From Thalassomonas actiniarum (GTDB taxonomy: Bacteria > Pseudomonadota > Gammaproteobacteria > Enterobacterales > Alteromonadaceae): a stretch of DNA of 40,000 bases. Within the stretch, counting starts at the first letter, position 1. Every line of letters begins with the position of its first letter. Below, one piece after another: positions 9,197-16,251 of the stretch. Position numbers and translations under genes: made by a program. The DNA lies in the NCBI RefSeq assembly GCF_000948975.2, contig NZ_CP059735.1, positions 4,422,603 through 4,462,602 of the forward strand. Reading direction: 5' to 3'. Below the pieces are notes generated by a model. It made no database searches. It was not told where the DNA came from and saw only the letters and a program-made list of their open reading frames with translations.

Positions 9197-9404
9197 TTTC
9201 GATAATAGATTCCAGTTCTTTACCACAACGCTCAACCATTTTATTAAATTGTCCTTCAGTAACAAATAGCCTATGCACAGCAGGGTTAGTTTGACGACCC
9301 TTATCCAAATTTTCTTTTTGATCATAACCACATCTAGTCACTTTTAAAGTGGCTAGGTTTATCTCAATAAAGTATCGCGTGTCTTTATCCTGAATCTTAC
9401 TCAT
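9192..9404 (-). CDS. Cassette 14 hypothetical protein (70 aa)
   Basis: A single ORF fills the cassette. Its stop TAA lies in the degenerate R'' box. No motif recognised. Confidence 0.55.
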   Translation of the reverse strand: MSKIQDKDTRYFIEINLATLKVTRCGYDQKENLDKGRQTNPAVHRLFVTEGQFNKMVERCGKELESIIET

Positions 9405-9411
9405 TAAGCCG

Positions 9412-9500
9412 CCCTAACTTGCACAGTGTTGATGAAATTGAATAATGCCTGAAGCAGCGGTAAGTTAACGAATCCGCTGGCCTTACTTTACTTGTTAACA
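9412..9500 (-). repeat. attC of cassette 13
   Basis: The plus strand reads ccctaac...cttgttaaca. R'' is TGTTAAC, against the cassette's own 5' end GTTAACT (6/7 complementary). Confidence 0.75.
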
Positions 9501-9947
9501 GCCTTCCCCAGGCCAAATTATGTTATTACCACTTTCATCGTACTCAGGAAAAACGGTTACATTAACGACAAAACCATCACTTACCCAAAATGATAATTCG
9601 AATTCTTGTAGAACGTAGTCCTGACCATTTTCTTCAAAATCGTCATCTAACACAATATTTGGATAGACAGCCTTCAATTCTGCTATTGTCTTCCCGACTA
9701 TGCAATTATTATTAAGCTCTGCCTTATCTGAATGAGATGTAATGCAAGAAGCTAAAAAATTATCTTCGCTGCTAAAGTCGATTTCCATACCATTAGTATA
9801 TTCCCAGATAACAGATCTATCTTCTGGTCTATCTTTTAGGGCTGTGAAGTACCTTATTGATTCGGGTTGACCCCATAAGCTACGAACTTCATCCATTGTC
9901 ATCCCAAACTGAATACAATCGATGCCAATTTTTGGTTTAATTTCCAT
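9495..9947 (-). CDS. Cassette 13 hypothetical protein (150 aa)
   Basis: A single ORF fills the cassette. Its stop is the TAA of the R'' box. It is acidic and cytoplasmic-looking; no motif recognised. Confidence 0.6.
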   Translation of the reverse strand: MEIKPKIGIDCIQFGMTMDEVRSLWGQPESIRYFTALKDRPEDRSVIWEYTNGMEIDFSSEDNFLASCITSHSDKAELNNNCIVGKTIAELKAVYPNIVLDDDFEENGQDYVLQEFELSFWVSDGFVVNVTVFPEYDESGNNIIWPGEGC

Positions 9948-9951
9948 AAGC

Positions 9952-10056
9952 AGTTAACGCTGCCAACAACGGTGGAGTATGCTAGCGTGATTTTTTGCGT
10001 ATTTTTGCAAAAAGCACGACAGTATACGGAATCCGTTTTGATTGACCTTGTTATAA
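9952..10056 (-). repeat. attC of cassette 12
   Basis: The plus strand reads agttaacgc...ccttgttataa. R'' TTATAAC is the exact complement of the cassette's own 5' GTTATAA (10359-10353). Confidence 0.8.
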
Positions 10057-10061
10057 GTGAT

Positions 10062-10349
10062 TTAATTAATACCTGCATCTAATACGAATTGTTGATTATC
10101 AACCAGAATATTACCTTGCTGAAAATCTCGATTTATAAGCGGTAGATTTTTAAATAGTTTAATCAGTACAACTGTTAAATTAAATAGCGAAAAGAGAATT
10201 AATAATATTTGTTCAGGGCTAGTATTTATTGAGGTTACTGTATGGGTGAAGTGACATACAGTATTTGCACTAGCAGCCAATGCTGCTAGTGCAAAAATCA
10301 AGCTCAAGAAAAAATATACTGTAATTGCTTTCAACTCATAAGCCTCCAT
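10062..10349 (-). CDS. Cassette 12 small membrane protein (95 aa)
   Basis: Two hydrophobic helices (ITVYFFLSLIFALAALAASA; ILLILFSLFNLTVVLI). It is the only ORF in the cassette. Confidence 0.5.
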   Translation of the reverse strand: MEAYELKAITVYFFLSLIFALAALAASANTVCHFTHTVTSINTSPEQILLILFSLFNLTVVLIKLFKNLPLINRDFQQGNILVDNQQFVLDAGIN

Positions 10350-10352
10350 GAC

Positions 10353-10430
10353 TTATAACGCCCGAAACACCGGGCAATTTGTAGTTGCGAAGCAACGGAA
10401 AATTGCTCCGAGTGATTTTGCTTGTTATAC
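10353..10430 (-). repeat. attC of cassette 11
   Basis: The plus strand reads ttataacgcccgaaacaccgggcaattt ... aaaattgctccgagtgattttgcttgttatac. R'' GTATAAC is the exact complement of GTTA+TAC, which is reconstituted across the intron insertion. Confidence 0.8.
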
Positions 10431-10775
10431 ACGGTATGACTCATACTCCCAAGCATATAATTTTGCAATACGCGAAAATACCCCTTCCCAACTAACGTCA
10501 CTGCAGTCTATTAATTTATAATTGATTTCACGTAATACTTGGGTAAAGCCTTCATAATACGGAAGAATCAAAAGGTGGCTTTTGCTTTTAATTTGGGACA
10601 AAACCCCTTGTGTTACCACATGTACTTGATAATTATTAGAACCAATTTCGCCCTTAACACCAACAGAAATATTTAACCAATAATCTACCATTGATGGGTC
10701 TTCTGGCACCCATTCATCTATTGGGTCGTGGTCACAACAATCATACGACTGTATCTCAGGAGTCAATAATTTCAT
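10425..10775 (-). CDS. Cassette 11 hypothetical protein, possibly an Imm8-like immunity protein
   Basis: 116 aa. The pattern (N-terminal acidic stretch, NISVGVKGEIGSNNYQVHVVT, LLILPYY, C-terminal SWEGVFSRIAKLYAWEYESY) resembles what I recall of polymorphic-toxin immunity family Imm8. This is from memory only. Confidence 0.4.
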   Translation of the reverse strand: MKLLTPEIQSYDCCDHDPIDEWVPEDPSMVDYWLNISVGVKGEIGSNNYQVHVVTQGVLSQIKSKSHLLILPYYEGFTQVLREINYKLIDCSDVSWEGVFSRIAKLYAWEYESYRV

Positions 10776-10784
10776 CTAAGTGTA

Positions 10785-12713
10785 ATCGTGGTAGAGCGAC
10801 CTGTTACCAGGCCGACCCCACACAGATCCGGACGTGCGGAACTACCGCATCCGGCTCTTCAGTTATATATTCACTCGTGTAAAACACGACCCTAGTACCA
10901 ATCGACAATAACATTTCGACTACTGACTTTTGGTGACTCAATTTGAAAATATTCTAACATCTTCTTGAAACTGCTCCAATTATAACTTCTTCTGCCGCTA
11001 CGCCTGTTTAGCCATTTATATAAGCTATGCAGCACATAATTATATAAGCGTGACAAGCTACGACTGTTATCCGGTAAACCAAAGTAATTTCTAAACCCCG
11101 TTAATTTACGTTTTAGTTGCGGTAGCCATTCCCTCAATTTGATTGAACGTTTGGCTTTGATCCATTGGTAATATTCGCTCATCATCGCTTTCTGCTTCTT
11201 CGGAGCCGTGCGCCTTCTGAGCCTTCGTTTACCCTTGACATCAATCCCCCAATAAAATTCAAACCCAAGAAAAACAAAGTGGCGACTCTTACCAGGTTTA
11301 AATCGACTGAATGTCATCAGTGAGGTTTTCTCCGGTGCGATATCTAGATTGAATTTCTTTAGTCGTTTCGCAAGCACCCCATAAAAGCGCTCAGCATCAT
11401 GAGCAAATTGGAAGGCACAGACAAAATCATCCGCATAACGGATCATCATGGCTCTTCCCCGCATCCTCGGTTTTACTTTCTTCTCAAACCACAAATCCAA
11501 AGCATAATGCAGATAAATGTTCGCCAGTACAGGGCTGATAATACCTCCCTGCGGGCTACCGCTTGCAGGCTTTTCAAAGACCCCTTCCGGTGATTTTATC
11601 CGGGCTTTTAACCATTGGCTGATTAGCTTCAGTAAGGCTTTATCATCAATCCGTTGTTTGAGCATACGCAGCAACCAACCATGATCGAGATTGTCGAAGA
11701 AGCCTTTAATGTCCGCCTCGACAACATAACCATAACCTTTGAATTGAAGATTCAACGACAGGCTATGTACTGCCTGATGTGCACTTTTATTTGGTCGATA
11801 ACCATAACTGTTCACCAGGAAGTCTTGCTCCCAAATACTTTGCAGTATTTGGCTGACACTCTGTTGCACCAGTTTATCATCTACCGTTGGCAGGCCTAAT
11901 GGCCGTTGTTTGCCGTTAGACTTGGGAATAAAGATACGCTTAATGTCATTGGCTCGATAACATTTCTGCTTGAGCTGCTCACTTAAGCGCTTAATATTTT
12001 CTGGCAAGCTTTGCTGATAGTCATTAATGGTTACCCCATCAATACCTGGCGCAGCTTGTTTGTTGAGCTGACCCCAGCTTTGATACAGGCGGTCGCTACT
12101 TAGTAATCCGTATAAGTTTTGAAACCTGTGCTTGGGGTGGGTATATGCTTTAAATGCGATGATATTAAGTTCGGTTGTCATAGTGATCCCGGCCCTACTT
12201 TGTCCGGCCTATGTTTCTGCTTAATACCTGGTATAACTGTCAGCTCCTTCGCCATGTACAAGGCTTTCCCTTGCTCAGACTACTACGGGCTGATCTGACT
12301 TCCAAAGGGTCATCGTTCGTCTGACGGTTAGCTAGACTTTCCTACCACATCCTTATGGAACACCTTTGGATCTCTCAAGTTCCTGATACATCTCTTCATA
12401 CATGCCATGGCTTGATAACCCCGCTGACTCGCCGTAGCCTCACCTTTCGTTTGCTATGAATAACGGCTACTTTGCATGGACTTCGGTGGCGTTACAAACC
12501 TCGTCAGTCAGATGGTAATTCTCGGAGCGATACCAGCACTTCAGGGCCACGATAGCCCCTATGGCCTATATGATTCTCTGTGTACGCTTCACCTGTATTG
12601 TTCGTTTCAGTGAAACTCCGCCACAGGCGCAACACTCGATACTGGTGGCTGGTTAAGCCTTACCAGACAGGGACTTACACCCTGCAAGATGCATCAAGCT
12701 TTGCTTGACGCAC
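10785..12713 (-). mobile_element. Group II intron (class C-like, no endonuclease domain) inserted in the attC of cassette 10
   Basis: The 5' end is GTGCG at 12713-12709. Domain V is GAGCCGGATGCGGTAGTTCCGCACGTCCGGATCT (minus strand, 10857-10824; 34 nt; AGC triad). A domain VI-like helix has an A 8 nt from the 3' end ...CTACCACGAT (ends at 10785). The RT/maturase ORF sits in domain IV. Length 1929 nt. Confidence 0.88.
10892..12181 (-). CDS. Group II intron reverse transcriptase/maturase
   Basis: 429 aa. It contains APGIDGVT, the RT palm motif RYADDFV, and a C-terminal maturase (X) region rich in R/K/W/Y. I saw no HNH endonuclease tail. Confidence 0.92.
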   Translation of the reverse strand: MTTELNIIAFKAYTHPKHRFQNLYGLLSSDRLYQSWGQLNKQAAPGIDGVTINDYQQSLPENIKRLSEQLKQKCYRANDIKRIFIPKSNGKQRPLGLPTVDDKLVQQSVSQILQSIWEQDFLVNSYGYRPNKSAHQAVHSLSLNLQFKGYGYVVEADIKGFFDNLDHGWLLRMLKQRIDDKALLKLISQWLKARIKSPEGVFEKPASGSPQGGIISPVLANIYLHYALDLWFEKKVKPRMRGRAMMIRYADDFVCAFQFAHDAERFYGVLAKRLKKFNLDIAPEKTSLMTFSRFKPGKSRHFVFLGFEFYWGIDVKGKRRLRRRTAPKKQKAMMSEYYQWIKAKRSIKLREWLPQLKRKLTGFRNYFGLPDNSRSLSRLYNYVLHSLYKWLNRRSGRRSYNWSSFKKMLEYFQIESPKVSSRNVIVDWY

Positions 12714-12799
12714 TAACGCCTTACATAATAGGAAAATAATAACTGTTTAGGAGCGAAGCGACTAGTTATTATTTTTCCTTATTTATGAACTTGTTAGCT
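12714..12799 (-). repeat. attC of cassette 10 (its R' core is split by the intron)
   Basis: A near-twin of the attC at 16163-16251. R'' AGCTAAC is the exact complement of the cassette's own 5' GTTAGCT (13128-13122). The minus strand ends ...GGCGTTA, then the intron, and resumes TACAC at 10784. Confidence 0.85.
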
Positions 12800-13080
12800 G
12801 AGAAACTAAATACATCCTCAGCTTTACACTGAGGTAGAGTGTTTTTATTTATTCCATCAAAAGCAACAACATTACACCCTATACCATTATTCATTTTTTG
12901 AGTTTGTCCTTCGGCAGCAGCAAACCAACATGTACAGATTGATTTATTAGGTTCATATAATGGTGTCCAACAGGAGATAGTGCCATCATCTTCAATTTTT
13001 AATGATACTAATCCAGCCATTAGAGCAAAAGTGAAGAAAGTAGCTAAAGCCCCAAAAACTAATATGATAATAAATTTCAT
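12769..13080 (-). CDS. Cassette 10 small exported or membrane-anchored Cys-rich protein (103 aa from ATG 13080)
   Basis: The track starts at TTG 13101; ATG 13080 gives MKFIIILVFGALATFFTFALMAGL (signal or anchor). There are 5 Cys in the mature part. The ORF runs 29 nt past R'' into its attC. Confidence 0.5.
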   Translation of the reverse strand: MKFIIILVFGALATFFTFALMAGLVSLKIEDDGTISCWTPLYEPNKSICTCWFAAAEGQTQKMNNGIGCNVVAFDGINKNTLPQCKAEDVFSFSANKFINKEK

Positions 13081-13121
13081 GTATATTCTTTTAATAAACA
13101 AGGAGGAATGCGAGCTATTAC

Positions 13122-13202
13122 AGCTAACGCTAGCCTAAACGGCGAGCAACTTGTTGCGAGTCCAGCGCACGTAGTGCGCGATGTTTGAGGCCCTTGTTAG
13201 CT
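13122..13202 (-). repeat. attC of cassette 9
   Basis: The plus strand reads agctaacgctagcctaaacggcgagcaacttg ... gatgtttgaggcccttgttagct. R'' AGCTAAC is the exact complement of the cassette's own 5' GTTAGCT (13893-13887). Confidence 0.85.
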
Positions 13203-13862
13203 TTGATATTCAAAGTGACCTTCATGAACACCTCTACATAGGACTTTCAACCAAATAAAAAATTCATCCATACTGGGATCTAGCTCTAACTCTTCATCTG
13301 GTTTTTCCAAATAAGTAGTAAGCAATAACCTCCCCGTATTTGGAAGAAGTTTAATAGTATCTATTTCAAACTGAACTGTATCATCAGTAACCCCTGGTAA
13401 CCATTCCATCATTGTTGGAAATTGATAAATAAACTTATCGGTTGCAGCCAAAAATAACTCAACAACGTCAATAAAATCTTCAGTTTCAGATTCACTAGGA
13501 ATGTAATATTCATGCTCTACAGCATTACGTACAGTGTTTAATTTCTTTAGAATTCTTGGTGTAACTATTCCACACTTTTGACAAAAACCTAAGTATTGAT
13601 GGAAGTTGGGAAAGCCTTTTTTGTTGGATGTAAACCCAAAGGCCTTTGCAATAGTTTCCACTTGTAAGTGTAAAGATCTTTTGGCATTTGATAAGGCATT
13701 GACAAGGATTCTACTTGTTTTTAGAGAGTGACCGATTTCAAGGTCTTCAATTGCAAATTCCAAATAACGTCTAGGGGTAGTTTCTACTGGATATGAAATC
13801 TTATCCCAACTTGTTGCAAAATGAGGATCTAAATCACCATAATTTGATGGTAATGGAATCAA
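13197..13862 (-). CDS. Cassette 9 protein with a HEPN-type Rx4H motif (candidate RNase toxin or defence effector)
   Basis: 221 aa with a TTG start and SD GGAG 7 nt upstream. The motif is KLNTVRNAVEHEY (R-N-x-x-x-H), preceded by helix-like segments (NALSNAKRSLHLQVETIAKAF). Confidence 0.45.
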   Translation of the reverse strand: MIPLPSNYGDLDPHFATSWDKISYPVETTPRRYLEFAIEDLEIGHSLKTSRILVNALSNAKRSLHLQVETIAKAFGFTSNKKGFPNFHQYLGFCQKCGIVTPRILKKLNTVRNAVEHEYYIPSESETEDFIDVVELFLAATDKFIYQFPTMMEWLPGVTDDTVQFEIDTIKLLPNTGRLLLTTYLEKPDEELELDPSMDEFFIWLKVLCRGVHEGHFEYQS

Positions 13863-13886
13863 TTATACTCTCCGAATATTGATAGA

Positions 13887-13956
13887 AGCTAACGCTGCAA
13901 TAACCGGCGCGAGGTATGAGCGTCCGGCGCCGCAGGCGCGTAGTTAATTGCCTTGT
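13887..13956 (-). repeat. attC of cassette 8, main body (the R'' end continues at 15163-15172 on the other side of the IS)
   Basis: The plus strand reads agctaacgctgcaataaccggcgcg...cgcgtagttaattgcCTTGT, then the IS, then CTTGTtagtt. The restored R'' AACTAAC is the exact complement of the cassette's own 5' GTTAGTT (15486-15480). Confidence 0.85.
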
Positions 13957-14183
13957 ATGGATAATATCCCCCATATCTTAATATTCTTTTTAAACCTTTT
14001 CGGGTAGTGTGAGGCCCAAGCTTTGGCTGCAACCAAAGCCTTCTTATACAGCAGTTCGATGATTGCGTGGCTCCTCTGTTGAGAGACCGATAACAAGTGA
14101 GAACGCTGTATAGGACTCCAAGCATTAAACTCGGATAGTCAACTGGGCCTCGAGCCCGAATAGCAAGGCAGAGTCAGCTTATT
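13957..14183 (+). ncRNA. Candidate bridge/seek-type guide RNA region in the IS left arm
   Basis: A long non-coding arm upstream of the transposase gene. It contains a stem-loop GCTTTGG-ctgcaa-CCAAAGC (14020-14039). TAACAAGTGA at 14091-14100 is the exact reverse complement of the right-end/attC junction TCACTTGTTA (15160-15169). CAAGGCA at 14164-14170 complements TGCCTTG at the left junction. Confidence 0.4.
13960..13965 (+). promoter_or_regulatory. -10 half (GATAAT) of a promoter that forms only at the circle junction
   Basis: GATAAT lies 3 nt inside the left end. See the -35 entry at 15148-15153. Confidence 0.6.
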
Positions 14184-15137
14184 ATGAATAACAACAATAA
14201 TCAAAATGAAATTAACATCGGCGTTGATACTGGTAAAACACAACTCGATATTTACATACGCCCTTTAGACATCTATTTCACTGTTTCAAATGATGAGAAA
14301 GGTATCAATAAAGCCGTTAAAGAAATCAAAAAATACAATCCTACTCGCATCATCATTGAAGCAACGGGGCGACTGGAACAAGCATTTTGCATCGCCTGTG
14401 CGACAGAAAAATTACCTTTTGTTATCGCAAATCCAGCACACATTAAAAAATTTGCAGGAGCGATTGGTCGTCATGCTAAAACAGACAAACTCGATGCCCA
14501 ACTTATAGCTCATTATGGTGAAGCAATTAAGCCCAAATTGTCAGCATTAAAGCCGGAGACCATGCAATTAATGAGTGATTTACTTTCTAGGAGAAGACAG
14601 TTAATGACGATGCAAACTATGGAAAAAAATCGGCTTCAGATAATGCCAAAAAACATATCCAGCATCATCAAACCAATTTTAACAGCTATTAAAAACCAGC
14701 TCGATAAAATCGACCAAAAACTACTAAAACTGATGGATAGATGCGCTGAATATAAAGCTAAAAATGACATTATTCAAAGCATACCTGGCATAGGTAATGT
14801 GGTTGCATTTAACTTATTAAGCGACATGCCTGAATTGGGATATTTAACGAATAAACAAGCTTCATCCCTCATTGGTGTTGCGCCATTTAATAGAGAAAGT
14901 GGTATTTACCAGGGACAAAGAAATATACGCGGTGGTCGCCATAAAATCAGAACGGTTATGTACATGGCTATGATGTCCGCAATTCAGTGCAATCCTGTTT
15001 TTAAAGATACGTATCAGCGATTATTGGCCGCTGGAAAACCTAAAAAAACAGCAATAATTGCCTGCGTCAGAAAGATGATTGTTATCTTAAATTCGATGGT
15101 TAGAGATGGTGTCATGTGGGATCCTAAAATGAGTTAA
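14184..15137 (+). CDS. IS110-family (DEDD) transposase/recombinase
   Basis: 317 aa. Motifs: IGVDTGKTQLDIY, IIIEATGRLE, AKTDKLDAQLIA, and the C-terminal IPGIGNVVAFNLL. Confidence 0.92.
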   Translation: MNNNNNQNEINIGVDTGKTQLDIYIRPLDIYFTVSNDEKGINKAVKEIKKYNPTRIIIEATGRLEQAFCIACATEKLPFVIANPAHIKKFAGAIGRHAKTDKLDAQLIAHYGEAIKPKLSALKPETMQLMSDLLSRRRQLMTMQTMEKNRLQIMPKNISSIIKPILTAIKNQLDKIDQKLLKLMDRCAEYKAKNDIIQSIPGIGNVVAFNLLSDMPELGYLTNKQASSLIGVAPFNRESGIYQGQRNIRGGRHKIRTVMYMAMMSAIQCNPVFKDTYQRLLAAGKPKKTAIIACVRKMIVILNSMVRDGVMWDPKMS

Positions 15138-15147
15138 AAATTAGGAG

Positions 15148-15153
15148 TTGACA
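15148..15153 (+). promoter_or_regulatory. -35 half (TTGACA) of the circle-junction promoter
   Basis: Joining the right end to the left end gives TTGACA-ccatagtcacttgtatg (17 nt)-GATAAT, pointing into the left arm and the transposase gene. Confidence 0.6.
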
Positions 15154-15176
15154 CCATAGTCACTTGTTAGTTTACT

Positions 15177-15476
15177 TTACCTAAATTTGGCACCACATTT
15201 TTGACATGATTTAGGTCTGATTTCAACGCCTTCGCCACCTAACGCAAATGGAACTGTATTACACTTTGGGCATCTATAAAATAACCAAACACCAATATTA
15301 AAGACCAAAACGCCAAAAAGTGCGCCATAGAAAGGGTTAAACAATTCTAGATTAAAAGACTTAAGAATAAATCCACTTGCGAAGAGTGATACAGTTAAAA
15401 GCAATACAGTATAAAAGCGCTTTTGGACAGTTTTAAACTGCTCTGATACATCATCCATAATTGAGTAATACTCCAA
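15177..15476 (-). CDS. Cassette 8 small membrane protein with a C-terminal zinc-ribbon-like CxxC...CxxC
   Basis: 99 aa from TTG 15476 (alternative ATG at 15458). It has two TM helices and then YRCPKCNTV...CQKCGAKF. Confidence 0.5.
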   Translation of the reverse strand: MEYYSIMDDVSEQFKTVQKRFYTVLLLTVSLFASGFILKSFNLELFNPFYGALFGVLVFNIGVWLFYRCPKCNTVPFALGGEGVEIRPKSCQKCGAKFR

Positions 15477-15479
15477 GTA

Positions 15480-15536
15480 AACTAACGCCGCGCTCAGACG
15501 CCGCTTTCTGCGGTCGTCTGCAGCGCCTTGTTAGGC
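15480..15536 (-). repeat. attC of cassette 7 (short, 57 bp)
   Basis: The plus strand reads aactaacgccgcgctcagacgccgctttctgcggtcgtctgcagcgccttgttaggc. R'' GCCTAAC is the exact complement of the cassette's own 5' GTTAGGC (16169-16163). Confidence 0.85.
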
Positions 15537-16141
15537 ATTTCACTGCTCACTACTTTAGATAATTTCAAAAGGGCCTTTTTAACATTATCCCATTCAATGT
15601 CGTCATCTCCTATTGGGGCCTCATGAGCGTCCAGCAGAGACTGGCGAAAGTTGACCATTGCATCCTCCATAGCCATACTTTCATTAGCTAATGGTAATTC
15701 AGACCAATAAAGCTGTTCAAATCGCGTCCATAGCTCCTCATTAAGAGGCTCTCTTCTAGAAAGTTTTTTAGCTATGTCAGCTGCTTCTAGATAAAGAGAT
15801 TCTTTTGGAGGTAATTTGCTTAGGGTCGTAAGCTGCTCTTCTGCCCAAGATAAAACCCTCTCATCTTTTGCAAAGGATTTTATGAAACGCAGCTTACGTT
15901 TCCATATTTCAGGCTTTGAAGAATCCATTGCCTTAAGATAGGATTTTAGAAGCTCTCTATCATGCATCGATTCTTCTTTTGTTCGCTCTAAAGTCAGCTT
16001 CCCATAATCGATGAGAAAGAATGAAATTACAGCTGCGATTGCTACAACAACCCACTTTCTAAGCTCTAGGCTTAATTTTTGTCGTTCGAGAGCAAGTTTC
16101 TCTTTTTCTATCTCAAGCTTTTTGAGTTCAATTTCATCCAT
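15494..16141 (-). CDS. Cassette 7 hypothetical membrane-anchored coiled-coil protein (215 aa)
   Basis: An N-terminal coiled-coil (LKKLEIEKEKLALERQKLSLEL) is followed by a TM helix (VVVAIAAVISFFLI). The ORF reads through R'' and stops inside its attC. Confidence 0.6.
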   Translation of the reverse strand: MDEIELKKLEIEKEKLALERQKLSLELRKWVVVAIAAVISFFLIDYGKLTLERTKEESMHDRELLKSYLKAMDSSKPEIWKRKLRFIKSFAKDERVLSWAEEQLTTLSKLPPKESLYLEAADIAKKLSRREPLNEELWTRFEQLYWSELPLANESMAMEDAMVNFRQSLLDAHEAPIGDDDIEWDNVKKALLKLSKVVSSEMPNKALQTTAESGV

Positions 16142-16162
16142 TTAATTCACCGAAATAGTAGT

Positions 16163-16251
16163 GCCTAACGCCTTACATAATAGGAGAATAATAGCTGTTT
16201 AGGAGCAAAGCGACTAGCTATTATTTTTCCTTATTTATGAATTTGTTAGGA
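16163..16251 (-). repeat. attC of cassette 6 (uninterrupted twin of the intron-bearing attC)
   Basis: It has 5 internal differences from 12714-12799 plus a different base in the R'' box (the twin reads ...gttagct). The differences include a compensatory pair that preserves the stem. The plus strand reads gcctaacgccttacataataggagaataatagct...agctattatttttccttatttatgaatttgttagga. Confidence 0.85.

Larger units (their letters stand above)
13957..15162 (+). mobile_element. IS110/IS1111-family insertion sequence inserted in an attC (about 1.2 kb, flanked by CTTGT on both sides)
   Basis: It carries a DEDD-type transposase, a 227-nt non-coding left arm and a 25-nt right arm. There are no terminal inverted repeats. 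A 5-bp CTTGT occurs at both junctions (13952-13956 and 15163-15167). The exact crossover position within CTTGT cannot be determined. Confidence 0.88.

Noticed and set aside
10691-10882. Plus-strand 63-aa ORF
   Set aside because: It spans the start of cassette 11 and intron domains V and VI on the opposite strand, so it is spurious.
11399-11899. Plus-strand ORFs 11399-11593 and 11654-11899
   Set aside because: They are antisense inside the intron RT/maturase gene.
13889-14125. Minus-strand 78-aa ORF
   Set aside because: It runs from the IS left arm across the IS/attC junction into the attC palindrome. It cannot be a unit of either element.
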